From NCBI GenBank assembly GCA_050251055.1, contig JBFWNL010000005.1:128001-192000 (forward strand): 64,000 nt of DNA, written 5' to 3'. A program made the translations under genes and the position numbers. The notes beneath the pieces were generated by a model. It was given only the letters and a program-made list of their open reading frames with translations. It searched no databases and was not told the DNA's origin. Numbering within the stretch: position 1 is the stretch's first letter; each line of letters begins with the position of its first letter. The DNA comes from Bacteriovoracia bacterium (lineage in GTDB: Bacteria > Bdellovibrionota > UBA1018 > JBFWNL01). Positions 56,206 to 64,000 of the stretch are shown piece by piece.

Positions 56206-58252
56206 ACTGCGGATGGGCCAGGATCGCGGCCTCGAACTTTTCTCGAACGCTCGCCCCGTCCTTTAAACCAACGGGGAATTTCGCGTTGCTCTTCTGCCAA
56301 CGCGACAGCCACTCCGGTCCCAGTAGGCCTGGTCCCGGACGCGTGAATGCCATCGTGGTTTCCGCCTTGGGACCGGTTGAAGCCCCGGCACCGACGAAGA
56401 ATCCCGCCGAGAGCAATCCCGCGCGGACGGCGGTTGAATTGGAATAAGTGAAGAGTTCCACCGCCCGCTCCGAGCAGCGATCGAAGAGCTTCGCGAAAGC
56501 AGCGGGGGTCCACAACGCGGAGTCCACCCGCGGTGAAAATGGATCATAGAATATCAGATCGGGGGGGGGGAGGACGCGTTCCCCGCGTTCTGCCTCGTCG
56601 AGATGCATTAGGAAGTCACCCGTGTGCAACTCCCATTGGAAGTGGCCTTCGCCGGAGGCCCAGCGCCCGTCTTTCAGTAGATAATGAGGAGCCGAATGCC
56701 AAAGATGCGGAAACAGAATCTGGTGTTTGAGCGCCAAGCGCAGGGGATCCAGGTCGATCTCGAAGCTGACGATCTTCAACGGACGGGTGCCGACCACGCC
56801 CTTCGCCTTGAGAACGCGCTCGTAAGCCTGTACCGCCGCCATGGCGTTCGTTGCCGCGCCCAGGCCTACGTCCCAGATCACGAGCGGGGCGGACGTGCCT
56901 TCGGGGCCCTTAGATTCCGGCTCGACGTCCGCTAAGCGTTCAGCCAGGCGGGATTGCTGGACATAGAGGCGATTGGCTTCTTCCGTCGGGTCGCTCACCG
57001 AATGCATCACTTCGCCGGAGCTGATTTGTCTCACGCTGGCGAAAGTTTCCGATTCTTGGATTTCGTAATTACCCAGGCGTAGCACCCGCGGCGCCTTCTT
57101 GGGCGGCCTACGCACTGATTCTGGCAGGTGGTCGGTATCGACGCGCACGAGGGTCTCGCGCTGGCGACGGTAGTATTCGGAGAATGTGCCGTCCAGGATC
57201 GCCGAACGCATTTCTCGCATCAATCGATGATAGAAATGAATGTTGTGGGTGCTGACTAAAGTCCAGCCCAGGGGCTCGTATGCCTTATGTAAGTGATGGA
57301 GGTACGCGCGCGAGTACTGCTCGCAGGTTGGGCAATCGCAATCCGGATCGAGCCCCGCTTCGTCGAACTTGTAGTCCGAGCGTTTGAGCTGCAGCTTGCC
57401 CCTCGAGGTGAAGGCCACGCCCTGCTGGGCAAACGCCGAAGGAATGATGCAATCGAACATATCCACGCCGCGGTGGACGGCTTCTAGGATGTCGATGGGC
57501 GTACCCACGCCCATGAGGTAGCGGGGAAGGTTGCGCGGCAACAAAGCGGCGGTCGCTTCGCAGAACTCTTCGCGCTGTCCCTTGGTTTCGCCGACCGCGA
57601 GTCCCCCGATGGCGAAGCCATCAAAAGGGAGCTGGGTCAGGAAATCCACGCTCTGTTTGCGCAGGTCGTGAAAGCAGGCGCCTTGGGCGATGCCGAACAT
57701 CGCTTGCGGCGAGTCACCGCGCGCATCTAGGCTTCGTTTCGCCCAGCGGTGGGTCAGCTCCATCGCGGCGATCGCTTCCGGCTTGCCCGCCGTGGAAGGG
57801 ATACACTGATCGAGCACCATCATGATGTCACTGCCGATGGCTTTTTGCATTTCGATGCTTGCTTCGGGCGACAGCAGGTAAGTGTCACCGTCCACGTAGC
57901 TTTGGAAGCGCGCGCCGTCTTCGCTCATCTGCCGCATGTCATGGAGCTTGAAGATCTGAAAACCGCCCGAGTCCGTGAGCACGGGTCCGTCCCAGTTCAT
58001 GAAGCGGTGGATACCTCCGAACTTGCGGAATACCTCCGGTCCCGGGCGCAATAGCAGATGATACGTGTTAGCGAGCAGGATACGTGATCCCGCCGCGCGA
58101 AGTAAATCCACGCTCTGGCTCTTCACCGTTGCCTGGGTGCCCACCGGCATGAAAATAGGGGTGAGCACTTCTCCGTGCAGGGTTTGAAAGCGTCCGGCCC
58201 GGGCGCGGCTGCCCGGGGCTTCGGCTTCGAGCTGGAAATTCAAGCGGGACAT
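56183..58252 (-). CDS. tgt: tRNA-guanine(34) transglycosylase fused to an MnmC/MnmD-like SAM-dependent methyltransferase
   Basis: Tgt motifs TPIFMPVGT, DSGGFQ, LDQC, GGLAVGE, LMGVG, DMFDC and CDCPTC; C-terminal MHS, DVGLGAATN, SFEID, FYDPFSP, TYS..AVR.GL and K.ET. Confidence 0.92.
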   Translation of the reverse strand: MSRLNFQLEAEAPGSRARAGRFQTLHGEVLTPIFMPVGTQATVKSQSVDLLRAAGSRILLANTYHLLLRPGPEVFRKFGGIHRFMNWDGPVLTDSGGFQIFKLHDMRQMSEDGARFQSYVDGDTYLLSPEASIEMQKAIGSDIMMVLDQCIPSTAGKPEAIAAMELTHRWAKRSLDARGDSPQAMFGIAQGACFHDLRKQSVDFLTQLPFDGFAIGGLAVGETKGQREEFCEATAALLPRNLPRYLMGVGTPIDILEAVHRGVDMFDCIIPSAFAQQGVAFTSRGKLQLKRSDYKFDEAGLDPDCDCPTCEQYSRAYLHHLHKAYEPLGWTLVSTHNIHFYHRLMREMRSAILDGTFSEYYRRQRETLVRVDTDHLPESVRRPPKKAPRVLRLGNYEIQESETFASVRQISSGEVMHSVSDPTEEANRLYVQQSRLAERLADVEPESKGPEGTSAPLVIWDVGLGAATNAMAAVQAYERVLKAKGVVGTRPLKIVSFEIDLDPLRLALKHQILFPHLWHSAPHYLLKDGRWASGEGHFQWELHTGDFLMHLDEAERGERVLPPPDLIFYDPFSPRVDSALWTPAAFAKLFDRCSERAVELFTYSNSTAVRAGLLSAGFFVGAGASTGPKAETTMAFTRPGPGLLGPEWLSRWQKSNAKFPVGLKDGASVREKFEAAILAHPQFSSVGDR
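56561..56570. repeat. G10 homopolymer (C10 on the coding strand) inside the methyltransferase domain
   Basis: GGGGGGGGGG; encodes L-P-P-P just before DLIFYDPFSP. Confidence 0.9.
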
Positions 58253-58270
58253 GCGTACTGCCTTCGGCCG

Positions 58271-58777
58271 CTACTTACGGAACGGCATTTCTCCCAAGTA
58301 GTCTTTCTTGCCCACGTCCACGCCGTTGTGGCGCAGGATGGAGTAAGCGGTCGTGAGGTGGAAGTAAAAGTTCGGGATCGCGTGCTGAGTGAGATACTCC
58401 GCGCCGTTCAGCCACTTGCCTTCCCAGCGGGGTTGGCTCACCTTGCGCTCTTCGGCACCCTGAAAGTCGGCGGCCGTGAGCGAATTCAGGTAGCTGATGG
58501 TGCTCTCGATACGCGCCTTGAGTTCAGCCAAGGTCTTTTCCTTATCGTCATGCGACGGCGCCTCTTTGCCGGTGAGTCGGGAGCAGCTGAGCTTGGCGGT
58601 GTCGCAAGTGATCTGCACCTGGCGGATGAAATTGAATTGATCCGGGGCTAGGCGCGCGTTCATGAGCACCTCGGTGTCGAACTTCTTGGTTTCGGCGTAA
58701 AGGGCGCCTTTGCTCAAAATAGCGTTTAAATTCCGTAACATCTTCGTGTATTGCGGGACGGTCAGTTCGTAGTACAT
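58271..58777 (-). CDS. DUF1993 family protein
   Basis: ARLAPDQF, Q...D.AK and PNFYFH.TTAY.ILRH.GV..GK.DY. Confidence 0.93.
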   Translation of the reverse strand: MYYELTVPQYTKMLRNLNAILSKGALYAETKKFDTEVLMNARLAPDQFNFIRQVQITCDTAKLSCSRLTGKEAPSHDDKEKTLAELKARIESTISYLNSLTAADFQGAEERKVSQPRWEGKWLNGAEYLTQHAIPNFYFHLTTAYSILRHNGVDVGKKDYLGEMPFRK

Positions 58778-58891
58778 GCGGGTCTCCTTGGGTCTTCTGG
58801 TATGTAAGGCCGCGACTTTAGATCAATAAGGCGATCGAAACAATCCATTTTTCGGTTGTGGACGGTCGGTCCCCGGGGCTAAGATCGGCCC

Positions 58892-59311
58892 ATGCAAAGC
58901 GCTTGGGTTTTGGTTTATCCGATGGCGGCACTGGTGGGTTTTACCCTGCTTTTTTCATGCGTTATGCTCTTCACGCGCATCAACGAAGTGCGCCGCGGGC
59001 GCATGAGTGCCAGGTATTTCAAGACTTTTACGGAGGGCACTCCCACGCCAATCGTAGTCAAGTTATCGCGTCATTATAATAACCTGTTTGAGCTTCCGGT
59101 CATTTACTACGCGACGCTATTAATGATGATGATCCTGGGCATAACCTCATCGGCGGCGGTTGGCTTTGCCTGGCTCTTCGTCGCCGCGCGCGTGGCTCAC
59201 GCCTACATTCACGTCGGGTCTAACAAAATCGTCCCCCGTATTTTTGCCTTTGTCTTGGGTTGGGTGGCGATCCTGGGGTTGTGGTTCCAGGTTCTCGGTT
59301 ACGCGTCATGA
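58892..59311 (+). CDS. MAPEG family membrane protein
   Basis: NLFELPVIYY, AW.FV..R..H..IH and R...F. Confidence 0.9.
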   Translation: MQSAWVLVYPMAALVGFTLLFSCVMLFTRINEVRRGRMSARYFKTFTEGTPTPIVVKLSRHYNNLFELPVIYYATLLMMMILGITSSAAVGFAWLFVAARVAHAYIHVGSNKIVPRIFAFVLGWVAILGLWFQVLGYAS

Positions 59312-60093
59312 AGGGCGCCTTCTTTCAGCAGTCGCTGGAGTACCGCCTGGTCGTCGACGGTGAGAGCTGGCGTCAAGGAGGCGTGATCGCGGGCAACCTC
59401 CAAGTCAAAAATCACGGAGCGAAGCCCGCGGAGCTCACAAATCTTTGTGTCGCACTCGCCGACGGCAAGGAAAAAAAAGTGAAGGCCAAGCCGCTGGATC
59501 TAAAGGCGGCATTCGAGATATTGGACCGCGCAGGTTTTTCGGCGGTGACGGTCGCCCCCGGCGGGACCTCCGCTCCGCTCGAGTGGAAGTTCCAACTCAT
59601 GGGCGATTGCCGTGTCACCGAAAAGAATCATAGCCTGTATGTGATCTATGGGACGTCCGACTTCGCTCCGAGCGCCGGTATGTTACAGACGCGCGTGGTG
59701 CCGCGACAGCATTTTGAAGATTTCATCGAGTCGCTGGTGATTGCTAATCGCTTTAAGCTCAAGGGATACGCGAGCGGTAAAAAGGGAGGCGTGGAATTCA
59801 CACTCGATCCGCCGGATGGTCGGGAATTCTCCACGATCGAAGAGCTCGTCGTGACCTTGAAGATGGAAGCTGGTTCGACTGGGGAAGATCTTTCCGCGTC
59901 TTTTCTCTTTTATACGAAGGAAGTTAATCCGCAGGCCGCCGGGTTCGCGCTGCAAAAAGGAAAGAAGCTCGTGGAGCGTCGATTTACCCCGCCCCAGTAT
60001 CTGTCCGAGTTTAGCAAGCGCGTAGATAAAGAGCAGGTAGAGAAGGCGCTATTGGAAGTTCTGGCAAACTTTCGCGAAGGTCGCCTGATTTAA
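59308..60093 (+). CDS. Hypothetical protein (SpoOM/arrestin-N-like beta-sandwich)
   Basis: ATGA coupling to the MAPEG gene; W.QG..I.G.L.V.N and F.L...C..T. Confidence 0.72.
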   Translation: MKGAFFQQSLEYRLVVDGESWRQGGVIAGNLQVKNHGAKPAELTNLCVALADGKEKKVKAKPLDLKAAFEILDRAGFSAVTVAPGGTSAPLEWKFQLMGDCRVTEKNHSLYVIYGTSDFAPSAGMLQTRVVPRQHFEDFIESLVIANRFKLKGYASGKKGGVEFTLDPPDGREFSTIEELVVTLKMEAGSTGEDLSASFLFYTKEVNPQAAGFALQKGKKLVERRFTPPQYLSEFSKRVDKEQVEKALLEVLANFREGRLI

Positions 60094-60096
60094 GGC

Positions 60097-60867
60097 CTAG
60101 GGCTTGCGTTGGTACCCGTACCAGCCGCGCGCGTCGGCCGGCTGATGCGTGTACGTTTCTTTCAGCTTCTTTTTCACGTCATCCATTTTCCCCGAATCGA
60201 GGGGAATCCACTGGGCAAGATCCGGAAAGTCTGTTCTGCAGTTTCCGCAGTGTTTTTGGTCGTAGAATCGAATCGGGCACCAAAAGGATTCGTTGTTTCG
60301 GATCATCTCTCCGCCCAAGCTGTAAACGCCCGCGGCCCACTCGCAGTAAAGGCACCAGAGCAAATCGAGGCCAATCAAGCCTTCGAATTTTTGCCGCGAG
60401 ATTCGGATCCACTCGCCATGACGATACTTGGGGAAGCCTAAGGTAAAGGAAAGCAGAGGGTAGGCCGTGACCTGGCCCAGACGAATCACCAAGAAGGCGG
60501 GCAGGGCCAGGGTGGTGAGCCAAAACCCGACGACCACGCGCGTGGGGCCGACGATTCCGCCCAGAGTTTTACGCAGCGGGGATGCTTCTTGGCCGCGCAT
60601 GCGAGTGTGGAAGCGCGTGTGCAGCATGCATACCAGCGAAGCCGCCAGGAACTGGGCGAGGAAGCAGGTGAGAAGGGCGGAGATTCCGCCGCGGACGAGC
60701 GCGTACCCCCAGGGTAGCCAAGTGGTGGCGGCCACGATCGCGTCAAGAGCCGGCGCCCGGGCGAGCGTTTCGGCCGCGCCATGGCGGCCCGAAATCGCGA
60801 TCACGAATGCGCCGATTACGCAGAACTCCCAGAGAAACACGGATTCGAATAGGTGGATAATGGACAT
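60097..60867 (-). CDS. Hypothetical membrane protein with Cys-rich C-terminal domain
   Basis: About 4 TM helices; WCLYCEW, ESFWCPIRF and HCGNC. Confidence 0.82.
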   Translation of the reverse strand: MSIIHLFESVFLWEFCVIGAFVIAISGRHGAAETLARAPALDAIVAATTWLPWGYALVRGGISALLTCFLAQFLAASLVCMLHTRFHTRMRGQEASPLRKTLGGIVGPTRVVVGFWLTTLALPAFLVIRLGQVTAYPLLSFTLGFPKYRHGEWIRISRQKFEGLIGLDLLWCLYCEWAAGVYSLGGEMIRNNESFWCPIRFYDQKHCGNCRTDFPDLAQWIPLDSGKMDDVKKKLKETYTHQPADARGWYGYQRKP

Positions 60868-60925
60868 GCGCCCGCAGTATGGCGCAGGCCGATCGATTCC
60901 GCAATGCTACGCGAGCCGCCGAAAA

Positions 60926-61321
60926 CTAAAGATTGCTCGGCTCTTCCGGCATTTCCTCGTATTCTTCCTCGTATTCGTGAGGCTCGCCTTGGCAAGCTTC
61001 CGGTCGGCAGGCGCGGCCAGGCGTGTATTCTGGGTACTGCGGCTTTTTAGCGATATAATCGCGCTGGTTCGAGGTGCCGTGGCGCCCCACGTGGGCTTTT
61101 AGCGCGGCGGCACCGACGGAAATCCACTTTGCTTGGCCCGGGTTTCCGGGCGGGATGTGGCAGAGCGCGATTTTCCGCTCGCCGCTGCCGTCATCGTAAC
61201 CATAGCGTTCCAACATGCCGTCAACGGTCGCGCTGACGGAGGAATCTTCTTTGTTGCAGGCGGAAATCGCCACGGTCGTCACCATGGAAAGCCCAAATCC
61301 CATCAGTTTCCAGATCTTCAT
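60926..61321 (-). CDS. Hypothetical lipoprotein with CHxPPGN motif
   Basis: Lipobox ISAC; KIALCHIPPGNP...A.KAH..RHG; acidic tail; SD AGGAG. Confidence 0.78.
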   Translation of the reverse strand: MKIWKLMGFGLSMVTTVAISACNKEDSSVSATVDGMLERYGYDDGSGERKIALCHIPPGNPGQAKWISVGAAALKAHVGRHGTSNQRDYIAKKPQYPEYTPGRACRPEACQGEPHEYEEEYEEMPEEPSNL

Positions 61322-61361
61322 GCAGTCTCCTAGCCCTCTTCACCCTGCTCCTCTATAAAAA

Positions 61362-61402
61362 GCAGGAACTATGCCCGCGCTTTCAGATGTGAATGCTTGA
61401 TT
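61362..61402 (-). promoter_or_regulatory. Putative sigma-54 promoter with IHF-like site
   Basis: GGGCAT-AGTTC-CTGC (61362-61376, minus); AATCAAGCATTCA (61390-61402) has one mismatch to the IHF consensus. Confidence 0.5.
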
Positions 61403-61477
61403 TTATGGGTGTTTCTAAGGGTTTAATTGACTAGGTTTTGGGCGGTGTCCAGGGGCTAGGCGGAGGAATATACCTGC

Positions 61478-61975
61478 CTAGGCCGCGCAGCACTTCTTGT
61501 ATTTTTTTCCGCTGCCGCAGTGGCAAGGATCATTGCGGCCTAGCTTTGGCTCCGCGCGCACGATGGGCTTCGGGGTGGCGTGATGATGGCCTTGCCCTTC
61601 TTCGTGGATGTGCGAGTCGCCGTCGACAAAGTACCAACGGTCCTTGATCTTGCGGAATTTGGAGGTCTCGTGGTGCTCGAGCACCTTGCCTTCCGTTTTG
61701 TACCTCGCGGTGAACTCGACGATGTTGTCTTGGGCCGATTCGATCTTGAGGCCCATCCATTCGGAATCCTTTGCCCAGCTGCGGGCGTCGGCTTCGTTGA
61801 AGTCCTTGCGGGACTCGGGCGCCAGGGTTTCCTTTAGATAACCCATCTCGGCCTTGGTGTAGGCCGTGTAACGGGAGCGCATCAGTGCTTCGGGCGTGGG
61901 GGCGTATTGCTTTCCCGAGATATAGCGTTCGCAGCAGTCGGCATAATTACTTTGGGTTCCACAGGGGCAGTTCAT
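61478..61975 (-). CDS. YchJ family protein with SEC-C motifs
   Basis: CPCG...[29 protein letters not shown] and [17 protein letters not shown]. Confidence 0.93.
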   Translation of the reverse strand: MNCPCGTQSNYADCCERYISGKQYAPTPEALMRSRYTAYTKAEMGYLKETLAPESRKDFNEADARSWAKDSEWMGLKIESAQDNIVEFTARYKTEGKVLEHHETSKFRKIKDRWYFVDGDSHIHEEGQGHHHATPKPIVRAEPKLGRNDPCHCGSGKKYKKCCAA

Positions 61976-62057
61976 CCCTCCTTTCTAAGCTGTCGGTCCG
62001 CCTGCGCGCAAGGGCAAAACCTTTTCCAGAACTCCCGCCGCGGTGTATACTCGGGCT

Positions 62058-63011
62058 ATGAGACACCGTCCGACCCTGACGATTTCGATGCTGGGATTGG
62101 CCACCCTGGCTTGGTTTTCAGGCTGCGCTACCTTTCAAACGTCGATGGGAAACAATCCCCTCGTGGAGGAGGTTTCCGGTAACCGCGCCTACGTGACCGT
62201 CTTTAATTCGGGGGGGACGACCGTCGATTACGGAATTACCGCCAATACGATCCGCCACGAAGCGGGACTTTGGTTGAAGGAGCGTGGCTATGTCATGGAG
62301 GAAGCCCCTTATAAGGCGAATGTGGTGATTCAGTTCCGCCCGCTCCAGGAAGAAAAAAATATCGTGAACGGCAGCCCGACTTACGTGCTGTCGACGGGCC
62401 TGCCGGCCGCTGGATCGCCCGGCACCTCTAAGCCGAGCCTGGATGCGCTTGCGGCCGCCGCGGGTGGACAGCTGGTCTTCAAGAAAGGCGATCTCGACGA
62501 GAAAAATAGCAAGCAGCGGAAGGTGCTGCTGACGGGATTGGCGTTGAGCATCACCAAGCAGGAGCACAACAAGTCCGATGAGGTGGTGACCACGGGCGGG
62601 GTAGGACCGGAAGAAGTAAACCAGAACCTATTCACCGACGAGTATCAACTACGGGCTGCCGTGAAGCGAGCGTTGGAAGATTCCAAGCTCGGGGATCTGC
62701 GCATTGCCACTCAAGCCTCTTCCGTGCGCGACGAAGATCCCGGTTGTAAATACCGGGTCGGCGTCCGGTTCTTTGAGAAAGCGGAGCGTGGTGGAACCGC
62801 CGCCTATGTCGAGTCGTTCGAAAAGGGGAGTATGGGTGAAAAAGCGGGCCTGAAACGCGGGGATCGTGTCTTGGAGCTTGACCACCGCCGGCCTGGCTCC
62901 CCGATGCGGGAGTTCATGCCGGGCGAGCTCGTGCAGATCCGCGTCCTGCGCAACGGCAACGAAGTAGAGGCCGAAATCCCGGTCGCGCTGATCTGTAACG
63001 ATATCCACTAG
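62058..63011 (+). CDS. PDZ-domain lipoprotein
   Basis: Lipobox FSGC; C-terminal PDZ (GS.GEKAGLKRGDRV...V.RNG). Confidence 0.8.
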   Translation: MRHRPTLTISMLGLATLAWFSGCATFQTSMGNNPLVEEVSGNRAYVTVFNSGGTTVDYGITANTIRHEAGLWLKERGYVMEEAPYKANVVIQFRPLQEEKNIVNGSPTYVLSTGLPAAGSPGTSKPSLDALAAAAGGQLVFKKGDLDEKNSKQRKVLLTGLALSITKQEHNKSDEVVTTGGVGPEEVNQNLFTDEYQLRAAVKRALEDSKLGDLRIATQASSVRDEDPGCKYRVGVRFFEKAERGGTAAYVESFEKGSMGEKAGLKRGDRVLELDHRRPGSPMREFMPGELVQIRVLRNGNEVEAEIPVALICNDIH

Positions 63012-63012
63012 C

Positions 63013-63177
63013 TTAGTCGGCGATGTATTCGACTTCGAGGAAGGTGACGTGTTCGGGCGCGTCTTCTTCGGTGACCGCGCGCGGACAAAATTCCGGCACC
63101 GATTTTGGACGCGCGATCCGCACCTCACGGCCGTTGATTTCGACGCTCCAATATTTCTTATCGTTCTGAATGTCCAT
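63013..63177 (-). CDS. Small hypothetical protein (54 aa)
   Basis: MDIQNDKKYW... with SD AGGGGG at a suitable spacing. Confidence 0.55.
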   Translation of the reverse strand: MDIQNDKKYWSVEINGREVRIARPKSVPEFCPRAVTEEDAPEHVTFLEVEYIAD

Positions 63178-63365
63178 GGTTTTGCCCCCTAAAACCACCC
63201 CTGGTTGTGGACAATTACGAGAATACCGTCGCGTCCGAAAAGTTGCGATCAAACGAAGCGCAAACCCCGCCTTCGCGTGTGCGGGCGTGTGCTGATTCGC
63301 GTGTCCGCCGTGACCGGGCTTGAAAATATTGGTGTTTTGCCCTTCTTCGGATTAGAGTCGGGGCC

Positions 63366-64000
63366 GTGATTTCGGCGAAATCCCTCGTAAAATCGTTCCT
63401 GCCCGGTAGCCCGCCCGCGGTCGGTGGCATGGACTTGGTCATTCGTCCGGGGGAGTGCTTCGGGCTGCTCGGTCCAAATGGGGCGGGGAAATCGACTTTT
63501 ATTGGCATGATCTACGGGGCGGTTCAACGAACGGCGGGTGACCTGTCGGTGTTCGGATACGATCCGCGCACTCAGAGCCGGGAAATCAAGAAACGCTTAG
63601 GAGTTGTGACCCAAGAAAACGCGCTCGATGAAAGCCTGACCGTGCTGGAAAACATGCTGCTCTATTGCGCCTTCATCGGGGTGCCCGCTGTCGACCGCCG
63701 GCCCCGCGTGATGGCGTTGCTCGAGTATATGAACATTGCCAATAAGCAGAACGCGCGTATCCAGACGCTTTCCGGCGGAATGAAGCGCCGACTGGTGTTC
63801 GTGCGGGCGCTACTGGGGAAGCCGGAGCTGCTGATTCTCGACGAGCCCACCACGGGCCTGGATCCCGCCGTCCGCCATCTGTTGTGGGGCAAGGTGAAGG
63901 AGCTGCATCAGCAGGGCACGACGGTCGTTCTTACGACTCACTACATGCACGAAGCTGAAGTGCTTTGCGACCGGCTCGTGATCATGAATCAGGGAAGCGT
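63366..64000 (+). CDS. ABC transporter ATP-binding protein (NodI/drug-exporter type), partial
   Basis: Not in the ORF track. Manual translation gives VISAKSLVK...GECFGLLGPNGAGKST...LSGGMKRRL...LDEPTTGLDP...TTHYMHEAE; runs off the right edge. Confidence 0.92.
   Translation, partial: MISAKSLVKSFLPGSPPAVGGMDLVIRPGECFGLLGPNGAGKSTFIGMIYGAVQRTAGDLSVFGYDPRTQSREIKKRLGVVTQENALDESLTVLENMLLYCAFIGVPAVDRRPRVMALLEYMNIANKQNARIQTLSGGMKRRLVFVRALLGKPELLILDEPTTGLDPAVRHLLWGKVKELHQQGTTVVLTTHYMHEAEVLCDRLVIMNQGS

Overview
A GC-rich (~60% by eye) bacterial chromosome segment with about 75 protein-coding genes. I saw no rRNA, tRNA, CRISPR array, prophage or IS element. A TIGR02147-family gene, a myxobacterial-style Gly-rich lipoprotein and many secreted orphans suggest Bdellovibrionota/Oligoflexia or a related deltaproteobacteria-like lineage (inference). 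From left to right: two membrane histidine kinases (the first is missing from the ORF track) flanking an HtrA protease; kbl-tdh; Hsp20; a PuuD-type urate hydroxylase whose cytochrome c domain is apparently replaced by a type-1-copper cupredoxin-like domain; an msrA-msrB-msrA-pirin cluster; a redoxin/YtkA/beta-barrel operon; a general-stress island (DUF1328, SPW, BON x2, hemerythrin, DUF883, CsbD, SYLF, plus DUF4142 nearby) whose transcription units each have a sigma-54-type -24/-12 motif; a di-heme cytochrome; and an RNA/translation cluster (two DEAD-box helicases, SUI1, DTW, an unknown HExxH protein, EpmC, and a Tgt fused to an MnmC/MnmD-like methyltransferase with a C10 tract in the methyltransferase half). 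The strongest candidates for new biology are the Tgt-methyltransferase fusion (possible N-methyl-preQ1 tRNA modification), the PuuD-cupredoxin fusion and the sigma-54 stress regulon. All family calls come from motif recognition by eye, with no database searches.
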